A program made the translations under genes and the position numbers. Shown here one piece after another: positions 1 through 12,579 of a DNA stretch of 64,000 nt (within the stretch, counting starts at the first letter, position 1; each line of letters starts with the position of its first letter). The DNA lies in NCBI GenBank assembly GCA_028826165.1, contig JAPDFW010000117.1, positions 1 to 64,000 of the forward strand, in the 5' to 3' direction. The DNA comes from Anaeramoeba ignava BMAN. Lineage: Eukaryota; Protista; Anaeramoebae. The notes below the pieces were generated by a model, which saw only the letters and a list, made by a program, of their open reading frames with translations, had not been told where the DNA came from and did no database searches.

Positions 1-690
1 TTATTATTAAATAATTAATTAAAATATTTTAATAATATTATATTAATTTCTAAATATATTTTGAATTATAATTTAATTAGGAAATGATTTAAAATATAAT
101 TTAATAAATATTCTAAAATTGAATAATAAATAATTAATAATTTATTTTATTATTAAAAATTAATTAAAATATTTTAATAATATTATATTAATTTCTAAAT
201 ATATTTTGATTTATTATTTAATTACAAATTTATTTAAAATATAATTTAATAAATATTTTAAATTGAATAATAAATAATTACTAATTTATTTTATTATTAA
301 AAAATTAATTAAAATATTTAAATAATTATTATTTTCAATTGTTAAATAATATGTTTTGAATTATTATTTAATTACAAAATGATTTAAAATATGATTTAAT
401 AAATATTTTTAAATTTAATAATAAATAATTATTAATCTATTTTATTATTAAAAAATTAATTAAAATATTTTAATAATATTATATTAATTTCTAAATATGT
501 TTTGAATTATTATTTAATTACAAATTTATTTAAAATATAATTTAATAAATATTTTAAATTTAATAATAAATAATTATTACTTTATTTTATTATTAAATAA
601 TTAATTAAAATATTTTTATAATATTATATTAATTTCTAAATATGATTTGATTTATTATTTAATTACAAAATGATTTAAAATATGAATTGA
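1..690. repeat. AT-rich intergenic tandem array, ~146-bp unit, ~4.7 copies (runs off window start)
   Basis: Marker ATTTCTAAA recurs with its C at 50, 195, 491, 636 (spacings 145, 2x148, 145). Confidence 0.9.
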
Positions 691-763
691 AATTTTTTTC
701 CTTTTTTTTTGATTTTTTTTCCTTTTTTATTTTTTTTTTCATTTTTTTATTTCCTTTAATAAA

Positions 764-1294
764 ATGTTTTCAATTTTTCCTTTTTTAAAAACTTCAATTA
801 AAAAAACTTTTCAACCAAATATTTTAAACAAAAAATGTTATAAAATAATATTTATTGGAACAGAAAATTTAGAAAACGAAGATCCAAAATTACATTTTGT
901 AAAAATTCCAGATTCTTGTTTTACAAATTTATTAGAAATTTTCAATGAAATTATCAAAGATTTGGATGAAATTAAAACAAAATATGAAAATGAATTAAAA
1001 AATAATCCAAAAAGTTTAAAAGAAAATCAACTTCTTTTATATTCTTCAAATTACGAAATTTTAAATGGAATTTTAATTTGTTTTCTTCTTTTTAGAATGG
1101 ATTTTACTATTGAACAAATTTTGAATAATTTTTCAGTTGATTTTATTGTTTCGAATTCTTTTTTATTTAATCAAATTCTTCAAATTGAAAAAATTGTTAG
1201 GAATCAAAACTCAATTACTTATGATGATATTCTTGAGCATATTCAAGAAAAAAATTCAAAAAAATGGAAATCAGTTAAAATGAAATTGAATTGA
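764..1294 (+). CDS. Dual-specificity-phosphatase-fold protein lacking the catalytic motif (putative pseudophosphatase)
   Basis: 176-aa intronless ORF. FVKIPDS..TNLLEIFNEIIKDLDE...LLLYSSNYEILNGILICFLL.RMDFTIEQIL...SNSFLFNQILQIEK follows the DUSP pattern but has no HCX5R. TTTCATTTT lies ~25 nt upstream. Confidence 0.55.
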   Translation: MFSIFPFLKTSIKKTFQPNILNKKCYKIIFIGTENLENEDPKLHFVKIPDSCFTNLLEIFNEIIKDLDEIKTKYENELKNNPKSLKENQLLLYSSNYEILNGILICFLLFRMDFTIEQILNNFSVDFIVSNSFLFNQILQIEKIVRNQNSITYDDILEHIQEKNSKKWKSVKMKLN

Positions 1295-1344
1295 AAATGA
1301 TTTTATTTTTCAATTTTTATTTCCAAAAAAAAAACTCAAATAAA

Positions 1345-2150
1345 AGAATCTAAATTATAAAATTTAATCAAGTATTTTTTATTTCCAATTTATTTATAAA
1401 TTGTTATTAATTTTTATTTAAAATTTTTGAAATAAATTTAGTTAAAATTATTAATAAATAAAATAAACATTTCTAAATAATAAATTATAAAGTTTAATTA
1501 AGTATTTTTTATTTCCAATTTATTTATAAATAATTTATTAATAAATTGTTTTTAATTTTTATTTAAAAATTTTGAAATAAATTTAATTAAAATTATTAAT
1601 AAATAAAATAAACATTTCTAAATAATAAATTATAAAGTTTAATTAAATATTTTTTATTTCCAATTTATTTATAAATAATTTATTAATAAATTCTTTTTAA
1701 TTTTATTTAAAATTTTTGAAATAAATTTATTTAAAATTATTAATAAATAAAATAAACATTTCTAAATAATAAATTATAAACTTTAATTAAATATTTTTAT
1801 TTCCAATTTATTTATAAATAATTTATTAATAAATTGTTATTAATTTTTATTTAATATTTTTGAAATAAATTTAGTTAAAATTATTAATAAATAAAATAAA
1901 CATTTCTAAATAATAAATTATAAAGTTTAATTAAATATTTTTTATTTCCAATTTATTTATAAATAATTTATTAATAAATTCTTTTTAATTTTTATTTAAA
2001 ATTTTTGAAATAAATTTATTTAAAATTATTAATAAATAAAATAAACATTTCTAAATAATAAATTATAAAGTTTAATTAAATATTTTTTATTTCCAATTTA
2101 TTTATAAATAATTTATTAATAAATTCTTTTTAATTTTTATTTAAAATTTT
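1345..2150. repeat. AT-rich intergenic tandem array, ~145-bp unit, ~5.5 copies
   Basis: TTCCAATTTATTTATAAA at ~1383, 1513, 1658, 1801, 1946, 2091. Confidence 0.92.
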
Positions 2151-2330
2151 TTTGTGGAAATTATGAGAAAAAAAATAAAAAAATTAGATTTAATTTTCTC
2201 AAAATCCATTTTTCATTTTTTCAATTTTGTTTCAAAAAAAAAAACTAAAAACCAAAACAAAACACTAAAAAAGCAAAAAAAAAAAAATCGAATAAAAAAT
2301 AAAATAAAAAATAAAATAAATAAAAAATAA

Positions 2331-5215
2331 ATGGGAGATTTTCAAAGTTATATAGAAAAATATGAACAATATGAAATGGTGGGTAAAGGAGCATATGGAA
2401 AAGTATTTCGAGGAAAAGAAAAAGCAACGGAAAGAGAAGTTGCAATTAAAGTAGTTGAATTAAATGAATGCACTCAAAAACAAATAATGTATTTGGTTTC
2501 AGAAGTTAGAAATCTTGCTTTGTGTCATCATCAAAGTCTTTCTAATTATATAGAATCTTTTGCTCATGGTTCCACTGTTTATATTATTACTGAATTCATG
2601 TTAACTTCTCTTGCTGAACTTGTAAATTTCAATTTCAAAATCAATTTCAAAATCAATTTCAAAATCAATTTCAATTTCAAAATCAATTTCAATATCAATT
2701 TCAATATCAATTTCAATATCAATTTCAATATCAATTTCAATATCAATTTCAAAATCAATTTCAAAATCAATTTCAATATCAATTTCAAAATCAAAATCAA
2801 TTTCAATTTCAAAATCAATTTCAAAATCAATTTCAATTTCAATATCAATTTCAATTTCAAAATCAATTTCAAAATCAATTTCAATATCAATTTCAAAATC
2901 AAAATCAATTTCAATTTCAAAATCAATTCCAATTTCAAAATCAATTTCAAAATCAATTTCAATTTCAAAATCAATTTCAAAATCAATTTCAAAATCAATT
3001 TCAAAATCAATTTCAATTTCAAAATCAATTTTAATTTTAAAATCAATTTTAATTTTAAAATCAATTTTAATTTTAAAATCAATTTTAATTTTAAAATCAA
3101 TTTTAATTTTAAAATCAATTTTAATTTTAAAATCAATTTTAATTTTAAAATCAATTTCAATTTCAATTTCAATTTCAAAATCAAAATCAATTTCAATTTC
3201 AATTTCAAAATCAATTTCAATATCAATTTCAATATCAATTTCAAAATCAATTTCAAAATCAATTTCAATATCAATTTCAAAATCAAAATCAATTTCAATT
3301 TCAAAATCAATTTCAATTTCAATTTCAATTTCAATTTCAAAATCAAAATCAATTTCAATTTCAAAATCAATTCCAATTTCAAAATCAATTTCAAAATCAA
3401 TTTCAATTTCAAAATCAATTTCAAAATCAATTTCAAAATCAATTTCAAAATCAATTTCAATTTCAAAATCAATTTTAATTTTAAAATCAATTTTAATTTT
3501 AAAATCAATTTCAATTTCAAAATCAATTTCAAAATCAATTTCAATTTCAAAATCAAAATCAATTTCAATTTCAATTTCAATTTCAATTTCAAAATCAATT
3601 TCAATTTCAAAATCAATTCCAATTTCAATTTCAAAATCAATTTCAAAATCAATTTCAAAATCAATTTCAAAATCAATTTCAATTTCAAAATCAATTTCAA
3701 AATCAATTTCAAAATCAATTTCAATTTCAATTTCAATTTCAATTTCAAAAACAATTTCAATTTCAATTTCAATTTCAATTTCAATTTCAATTTCAAAAAC
3801 AATTTCAATTTCAATTTCAATTTCAATTTCAAAATCAATTTCAATTTCAATTTCAAAATCAATTTCAAAATCAATTTCAATTTCAATTTCAATTTCAATT
3901 TCAATTTCAATTTCAATTTCAAAATCAATTTCAATTTCAATTTCAATTTCAAAATCAATTCAATTTCAAAATCAATTTCAATTTCAAAATCAATTTCAAT
4001 TTCAAAATCAATTTCAATTTCAAAATCAATTTCAATTTCAAAATCAATTTCAATTTTAAAATCAATTTCAATTTTAAAATCAAAATAGAGAAAAGTTGTT
4101 GGGATTTTTGATGAAAATAGTATTGCTTATATTTTTTATCAAATTCTTTCAGGTCTTTCTTATATACATAGAAATGATTTAATTCATCGAGATATTAAAC
4201 GTACATCTCAATTTATTATTTATTATTTCAAAAAAATTAAAATTAAAATCAAAATTAAAATTAAAATCAAAATTATAATTAAAATCAAAATTAAAATTAA
4301 AATTAAAATTAAAAATTAAAAATCAAAATTAAAATTAAAATTAAAATTAAAATTAAAATTAAAATTAAAATTAAAATTCAAAATTAAAATTAAAATCAAA
4401 ATTAAAATTAAAATTAAAATTAAAATTAAAATTAAAATTAAAATTAAAATCAAAATTAAAATTAAAATCAAAATTAAAATCAAAATTAAAATTAAAATTA
4501 AAATTAAAACTAAAATTAAAATCAAAATTAAAATTAAAATTAAAATTAAAATCGGAAAAAAATCGGAAAAAAATCGGAAAAAAATCAAAAATAATAAAGC
4601 TGAAAATATCATGATTTCAAGTGGAGGAGATGTAAGAATTGCAGATTTCGGAGTAGTTATATCAAACACCGAATGCAAAAATTCCGAAAAAGATCAATTT
4701 GCCGGAACACCACATTACATCGCACCCGAAATTGCAATGGGAAATAAAAGTTACGACTACAAAGTCGACATATGGTCAGTGGGAATATGTGCCTATGAGA
4801 TTGTAACAGGGTTTGTACCACACGCAAAGGAAGACCAATATGCTGTCCTTGACCTTATTCATAAGCGAGATCCACCGTATCTTGTTGGAAATTCTTCAGG
4901 TTCTTTAAAAAAATTCGTTTCTAGCTGTCTAGTTAAAGACCCCCAAAAAGTTAGTCGTTTTTTTCTTCTCCTCTTTTCTTCTTCTCTTTGTTTCTTATTT
5001 TATTTTTCTTCTTTATTTAGAGACCTGATGCTGATTCTTTGCTTGGATTGAAATTCTTTTCGAAAAAGAAAAAAAAATCTTTTATTGAAATTATAAAGAA
5101 ATTCCAAAATTTAAATTTGGATCAAAAAAATAATCTTCAAAATTCTTTGCAAAATGTTTCAAATGAAAATTCTCCAAAAAAATTTCAAAATGAAAAAGAT
5201 TTTTGGAATTTTTGA
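2331..5215 (+). CDS. STE20-family (GCK/MST-like) Ser/Thr kinase, 4 exons
   Basis: Exons 2331-2621, 4089-4200, 4600-4949, 5021-5215, all GT-AG and in phase. Motifs GKGAYGKV, VAIK, HRDIK|PENI, DFG, GTPHYIAPE, DIWSVG, DPQK|RP. Confidence 0.9.
2622..4088 (+). repeat. 1467-nt intron composed of mixed hexamers (AATTTC/AAAATC/AATATC/AATTTT)
   Basis: GT at 2622, TAG at 4086-4088. The rare variant AATTCC recurs 444 nt apart in similar context, indicating internal higher-order duplication. Confidence 0.9.
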
Positions 5216-5426
5216 TTCAAAAAAATTTTTCAATTTAAAAAAATTCATTTCTTTCTTTCTTTCTTTTTTTCTTTTTTTCATCCTTTTTCTTTAATTGTTC
5301 TAAATACTTTTTTTTATATTCAAAAATGAATCCAAAAAATGATTTAACTTTAAATAAAAAAATAATTTTTCATTTTTTCATTTTTTCATTTCATTTTTTT
5401 GTTAATTAATTAATTAATTAATTAAA

Positions 5427-6770
5427 ATGTTTGGTTTAGTTCAAGGTTTATTTTCACAAATGTTTAAAACACCAGAATATTATATTCTTATTTTAGGATT
5501 AGAAAATTCAGGAAAAACAGTTAAAAAAATAAAAAAAACAAAAAAATAATAAATAAAAATTTTTATTTAAAATAATTTTCCTTATTTTTTATCATTTTAA
5601 AAGACTCTTCTTGAAAAAATTAAAAATATTTATAACAAAGAAGAAGAAACTCCACATAATTTAATATTTCCGACTGTTGGTTTAAATAGTAAAAAATAGG
5701 ATGAAAAATTGAAAAAAAAAATAAATATAAAAATTTGGAATGAATTTTTTAAATTGAAATTAGTTGGTAGAATTCAAATAGGAGGTAATAAGTTTATTTT
5801 TTGGGATTTAGGAGGTGAAAAAGGATTAAGGAATATTTGGAAAAGTTATTATTCTAGTACAAATGCAATTATTTTTGTTATTGATTCTTCGACTCAAAAT
5901 ATAATGAAATCGACTGAAAATGAAAATGAGAATAAAAATAAAAATAAAAATATGAGTAAAAAATTAAAATTCAATTCAAAAATCAATTTAAAATTAAAAT
6001 TAAAATTAAAATTAAAATTAAAATTAAAATTAAAATTAAAATTAAAATCAAAATTAAAATTAAAATTAAAATCAAAATTAAAATTAAAAAATTCAAAATT
6101 AAAAAAAATTAAGAATTAAAAATTCAAAATTTAAAATTAAAAAATTCAAATTAAAATTCAAAAATTAAAATTAAAATTAAAATTAAAATTAAAATTAAAA
6201 TTAAAATTAAATTTAAAAATTAAAATCAAAATTAAAATTAAAATTAAAATTAAAATTAAAATTAAAATTAAAAATTAAAATTAAAATTAAAATTAAAATC
6301 AAAATTAAAATTAAAATTAAATTAAAATTAAAATTAAAATTCAAATTCAAATTAAATTTAAAAATTAAAATTAAAATCAAAATTAAAATTAAAATCAAAA
6401 TTAAAATTAAAATTAAAATTAAAATTAAAATTAAAATTAAAATTAAAATTCAATTCAAAAATCAAAAGATATTCAAAATGAAAAAAATGTTCAAAATCAA
6501 TTAAAAGAAATACGAGAAATTTTTGCGCAATTAATGGAAGAAAAAGATTTAGATGATATTCCATTTTTAGTTTTGGCAAATAAACAAGATTTAGGAAATT
6601 GTTTATCTCCAAATGAAATTGAAGAATGTTTATTTGATTTACTTCCAATAGGCGGTACTTTTAAATTTGTTGCAATTAGTTCTTATACTGGTCAAGGAAT
6701 GAAAGAAGGAATTGATTGGTTAATTGAATATTTAGTTTTACATTCTCTTCCAAATAAAAAAATTGATTAA
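5427..6770 (+). CDS. ARFRP1: ARF-related protein 1 (Arf-like small GTPase), 4 exons
   Basis: Exons 5427-5519, 5604-5688, 5764-5955, 6469-6770. MFGLVQGLFSQMF..EYYILILGLENSGKT|TLLEKIK, PTVGLNIG, FWDLGG, LANKQD. No Gly2 myristoylation site, as in ARFRP1. Confidence 0.88.
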
Positions 6771-6789
6771 AAGAAATCGAAATAATATT

Positions 6790-8500
6790 TTTTATATTAA
6801 AATTGAAATAATAAATTAATTAATATATTTAAGTAAATTTATTTATTTTAATTAAAATAAAAAATATTAAATTAAATATTAAATAATATTATTTATATTT
6901 TAAATAAAAAAATAAATTAAAATATTTTTATTCCATTTTTTTTATATTTAAATTATATTAAAATTGGAATAATAAATTAATTAATATATTTAAATAAATT
7001 TATTTATTTTAATTTGAATAAAAAATATTAAATTAAATATTAAATAATATTATTTATATTTTAAATAAAAAATAAATTAATATATTTTTATTCCACTTTT
7101 TTTATATTATAATTATATTAAAATTGGAATAATAAATTAATTAGTATATTTAAATAAATTTATTTATTTTAATTAGAATAAAAATATTAAATTAAATATT
7201 AAATAATATTATTTATATTTTTAAATAAAAAAATTAATTAAAAATATTTTTATTCCACTTTTTATATTATAATTATATTAATTTTTGAAATAATAAATTA
7301 ATTAATATATTTAAATAAATTTATTTATTTTAATTTGAATAAAAAATATTAAATTAAATATTAAATAATATTAATTATATTTTTAAATAAAAAATTAATT
7401 AAAATATTTTTATTCCACTTTTTTTTATATTTAAATTATATTAAAATTGAAATAATAAATTAATTAATATATTTAAATAAATTTATTTATTTTAATTTGA
7501 ATAAAAATATTAAATTAAATATTAAATAATATTAATTATATTTTAAATAAAAATTAATAAAAATATTTTTATTCCACTTTTTTATATTAAAATTATATTA
7601 AAATTGAAATAATAATTTAATTAATAAATTTAAATAAATTTATTTATTTTATTTTGAATAAAAATATTAAATTAAATATTAAATAATATTATTTATATTT
7701 TAAATAAAAAATAAATAAAATATTTTTATTCCATTTTTTTTATATTATAATTATATTAAAATTGGAATAATAAATTAATTAATAAATTTAAATAAATTTA
7801 TTTATTTTAATTTGAATAAAAATATTAAATTAAATATTAAATAATATTATTTATATTTTAAATAAAATTTAATAAAATATTTTTATTCCACTTTTTATAT
7901 TATAATTATATCAATTTTGAAATAACAAATTAATTAATATATTTAAATAAATTTATTTATTTTAATTTGAATAAAAATATTAAATTAAATATTAAATAAT
8001 ATTATTTATATTTTAAATAAAAAAATAAATAAATATATTTTTATTCCACTTTTTTTATATTATAATTATATTAAAATTTAAATAATAAATTAATTAATAT
8101 ATTTAATTAAATTTATTTATTTTAATTAGAATAAAAAATATTAAATTAAATATTAAATAATATTATTTATATTTTTAAATAAAAAATTAATAAAATATTT
8201 TTATTCCACTTTTTTTATATTTAAATTATATTAAAATTGAAATAATAAATTAATTAATATATTTAATTAAATTTATTTATTTTAATTAGAATAAAAAATA
8301 TTAAATTAAATATTAAATAATATTATTTATATTTTAAATAAAAAATAAATAAAAATATTTTTATTCCACTTTTTTTATATTATAATTATATTAATTTTGG
8401 AATAATAAATTAATTAATATATTTAAGTAAATTTATTTATTTTAATTAGAATAAAAAATATTAAATTAAATATTAAATAATATTATTTATTTTAATTAGA
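6790..8500. repeat. AT-rich tandem array, ~159-bp unit, ~10.5 copies
   Basis: TTATTCCA(C/T)TTTT at ~6931, 7091, 7253, 7413, 7572, 7729, 7886, 8044, 8204, 8364. Confidence 0.93.
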
Positions 8501-8537
8501 ATAAAAAAAATTAAAAAAAAAAGAAAAAAAAAATTAA

Positions 8538-8608
8538 CTCGGCCACCGAGATTTGAACTCGGGCCACCTGAGTGACAGTCAGGCATTCTACCCCTATACT
8601 ATGGCCGA
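8538..8608 (-). tRNA. tRNA-Asp (anticodon GTC)
   Basis: Minus strand TCGGCCATAGTATAGGGGTAGAATGCCTGA-CTGTCAC-TCAGGTGGCCCGAGTTCAAATCTCGGTGGCCGAG: 7-bp acceptor stem, anticodon stem CCTGA/TCAGG, TTCAAAT T-loop, followed by an oligo-T Pol III terminator. Confidence 0.97.
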
Positions 8609-8714
8609 TTTTTTTAATTTTAATTTCTTTTTCTTATTTTTTATTTTCAAAATATTTTATTATTTATTAAATAATTTTATAAAAAAAAATAAATTAAAAT
8701 TTTATTTTCCACTT

Positions 8715-9825
8715 TTTTATTTAAATTAAATCATAATTAAATAATAATTTAATTTGAAATTAATCCAAAATATAAAATAGAATAAAATTATTAATAAATA
8801 TTAAATTAAAATAAATAAAATTAATAATATATTATTTATTAAATATTTTAATTAATTTTTTATTTATAATTAAATCAATATTAAATAATAATTTTATTTG
8901 AAATTAATCCAAAATATAAAATAGAATAAAATTATAAATAAATATTAAATTAAAATAAATAAAATTAATAATATATTATTTATTAAATATTTTAATTAAT
9001 TTTTTATTTAAAAATTAAATCAATATTAAATAATAATTTAATTTAAAATTAATCCAAAATATAAAATAGAATAAAATTATAAATAAATATTAAATTAAAT
9101 TAATTAAAATTAATAATATTTTTATTTATTAAATATTTTATTTAATTTTTATTTATAATTAAATCATAATTAAATAATAATTTAATTTAGAAATAATCCA
9201 AAAATATAAAATAGAATAAAATTATAAATAAATATTAAATTAAATTAATTAAAATTAATATTATTTTATTTATTAAATATTTTAATCAATTTTTATTTAT
9301 AATTAAATCATAATTAAATAATAATTTTATTTAAAATTAATCCAAAATATAAAATAGAATAAAATTATAAATAAATATTAAATTAAAATAATTAAAATTA
9401 ATAATATTTTATTTATTAAATATTTTAATTAATTTTTTATTTATAATTAAATCATAATTAAATAATAATTTAATTTAAAATTAATCCAAAATATAAAATA
9501 GAATAAAATTATTAATAAATATTAAATTAAAATTAATTAAAATTAAAATTATATTATTTATTAAATATTTTAATTAATTTTTATTTAAAATTAAATCAAT
9601 ATTAAATAATAATTTAATTTAGAAATAATCCAAAATATAAAATAAAATAAAATTATTAATAAATATTAAATTAAAATAATTAAAATTAAAATTATTTTAT
9701 TTATTAAATATTTTAATTAATTTTTTATTTAAAATTAAATCATAATTAAATAATAATTTTAATTTAAAATTAATCCAAAATATAAAATAAAATAAAATTA
9801 TTAATAAATATTAAATTAAAATAAT
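8715..9825. repeat. AT-rich tandem array, ~145-bp unit, ~8 copies
   Basis: AATCCAAAA at ~8762, 8906, 9051, 9195, 9339, 9483, 9626, 9772. Confidence 0.93.
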
Positions 9826-9891
9826 TTTTTTTTTAATTTTTTTTTTCATTTTTTTTTTCGTTAAATTTTTTTTTTTAAAAAATTAAAAATA

Positions 9892-11590
9892 ATGATTCAA
9901 TTAGATTCTATTTGGACTGAAGAAGAAATTAGAATATTTTTTCGAGAATACATACAAAATCGTTCAAATTGTGATGAAATTGCAACAAAATTAACAAGAA
10001 AAACAAAAGAAATGATTAGAAATTTTTTTTTAACATTTCATCATTATTTAAACACAAGTGGATCAAATGAAGAAGATTTAATTTTAATATTTAAAGATTA
10101 TACAGATCAAATTCAAATAGAAAATTTTTCACAAGCAAATCTTGTTTATGATTTTGCAAATAAACTTAGTCAAGAATTCGTTTATTCTCAAGAAGCAAAA
10201 TCAATTGTAAATCATCCTTTATATTCAAAAACTGGAAATCAACTTGAAAAAATTGATGTTAGAAGATTCTCTATTTTGGAATGGTTTTATCCTGATATTG
10301 ATGCTCCTTTTTTTCATCAAAATATTCTTCTTTCTTTATCAAAATCTTTTTTATCTTTTAATTTTTCTCAATTTGAAAAATTAACTAAAATTGATTGGCG
10401 AAATGTAAATTGAAATTTAAATTAAAATTAATATATAAAATTAAAATTAAAATTAAAATTCATTTATAAAATTAAAATTTATGAAATTAAAATTAAAATT
10501 CATTTATGAAATTAAAATTAAAATTAAAATTAAAATTAAAATTAAAATTCATTTATAAAATTAAAATTCATTTATAAAATTAAAATTAAAATTAAAATTA
10601 AAATTAAAATTAAAATTAAAATTAAAATCAAAATTTATTTATGAAATTAAAATCAAAATTAAAATTCATTTATGAAATTAAAATTAAAATTTAAAATTAA
10701 AATTAAAATCAAAATCAAAATTAAAATTCAAATTAAAATTAAAATTATTAAAATTAAAATCAAAATTAAAATTAAAATTAAAATTAAAATTAAAATTAAA
10801 ATTAAAATTCATTTATAAAATTAAAATTCATTTATGAAATTAAAATTCATTTATGAAATTAAAATTCATTTATGAAATTAAAATTCATTTATGAAATTAA
10901 AATTCATTTATGAAATTAAAATTCATTTATGAAATTAAAATTCATTTATGAAATTAAAATTCATTTATGAAATTAAAATTCATTTATGAAATTAAAATTC
11001 ATTTATGAAATTAAAATTCATTTATAAAATTAAAATTAATTTATAAAATCTAAAATTCATTTATGAAATTAAAATTAAAAATCGGATAAAAAAAAAAAAA
11101 GATTCGACGCAATTTGGGTGTTCCAAAAAGATTCTCGAAAAATTTTGTAGAACATGAAAAAAAAGTACTTGAATCACATCGAGACACAATAAGAAAACAC
11201 ATAATAACAAACAAAAAATCATTAATTCGAGATTTTTATGAAAAAACAGGATTTTTAGTCATGTTTCGAGATATGAAATTATTAAAAATAAACATGGGAA
11301 CAGTTTTGAAAACAGAATTCAATTCAAATTCTATAAAATATCTTTGTAAATTTCCAAATCCACCTAATCAAACTGAATGGATTAAAGATATTGATGTCAT
11401 GTCAGTTAAAAAAATTACTCATCGTATTTGGTTCGATAGTCTAAATCCAGAATTATTATTTCAACTTAAAGAACTTCTTTCTGGAATTGATACAAAATCA
11501 TATCACAAAAATCAAATGGAAAAAAATCAAAAAATTGAAAGCATTGAAGAAAAAAATTTTCATCAAAAAAATTCAACTGAAAAAAAGTAA
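9892..11590 (+). CDS. LIN9: LIN-9/ALWAYS EARLY-like DREAM (MuvB) subunit: N-terminal SANT/Myb + DIRP + Tudor-like, 2 exons
   Basis: Exons 9892-10404, 11102-11590. The DIRP motif EWFYPDIDAPFF...LTKIDWRN|IRRNLGVPKRFSKNFVEHEKKVLESHRDTIR is restored by splicing. SANT-like WTEEEIRIFF...IATKLTRKTKEMIRNFF at the N-terminus. Confidence 0.85.
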
Positions 11591-11693
11591 AAATAATTTC
11601 ATTTCTTTTTTATTTCTTTTTTTATTTTTATTCACATAAAACAAAACACAAAAAAAAATTTTTTTTTTCATTTCTTTTTAATAATAAATTTTT

Positions 11694-12144
11694 TTATTTC
11701 TTTTTTATCAAATCAATAATTGGATGATTTGTTGGTTTTGCAAAATATTTTTTTGGGTTTTTTGTTTGAATTATAAAGTTTTTTGATTCAAAATTATTTG
11801 AGTTTTTAACCCTAAATGAAGCAGTATCTTTTTCAATTTTTACAATACAATCTACTAAAAAACCACCTGGAAATTCATTTTGAATTATTTTCTTTTCATT
11901 TTGAAAATTTTCTTCATTTTTGATCCAAAAAGAAAAATTTTTTTTTTGCTTTTTTTCCATTTTATCTTTTTTATCTTTTTTATCTTTAATATTAATATTA
12001 TTATGTTTTTTTTGTGAAATTTTAGTTGGTTTTTTAACCGATTTTTTGAATAAATTTTTTAAGATAATTTGCTTTTGTTTGTTTTCTTTGATCTCTTTTT
12101 TTAAATACCCTCTTTTTCATTAAATTATCTTTAATTTGTTTCAT
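11694..12144 (-). CDS. Hypothetical Lys-rich protein, probably with a 1-nt frameshift near 12115
   Basis: The frame of ORF 11694-11960 stays open up to ~12117. ATGs at 12144 and 12120 are one base out of frame across an A-run. Inr-like TTTCATTTT on the minus strand near 12190. Confidence 0.4.
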
Positions 12145-12579
12145 GTTTGAAAAATATTTATTTTTTTTAAAAAAAATCAAAAGAGAAAAATGAAAGAAAA
12201 AAATTACAATTTAAAAAAAAACAACAACAAAAAAAGTTTTTTTTCTTTTTTATTTTATTTTTAATTCAAAAAGAAAAATAATCTTTTCAAATTAAGATTT
12301 TTTTTTAATTTTAAATGCCGGAAAAAAAACTTTAAAAATCACAAATAAATTCAATTAAAAAATCACAATTAAAATCAATTTAAAATTCAATTTAAAGTTT
12401 TTTTATTGATCAAAAAAAAAATTTTTTTTTCTTTTCTTTTTGATCAACAAATAACTTTTTTTTCTCTTTTTTTTTAAAAATTAAAAAAAAATTAAAAAAA
12501 AAAAAGGAAAAAAAATTTTAATTAACAAATAAATTTTCTCTTTTTAATTAGTTATTTTTTTTAATAATTTAATTATTTT

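Noticed and set aside
7085-8370. TTATTCCAC repeats as DnaA boxes or a bacterial origin
   Set aside because: They do not match TTWTNCACA, and the flanks are intron-containing eukaryotic genes.
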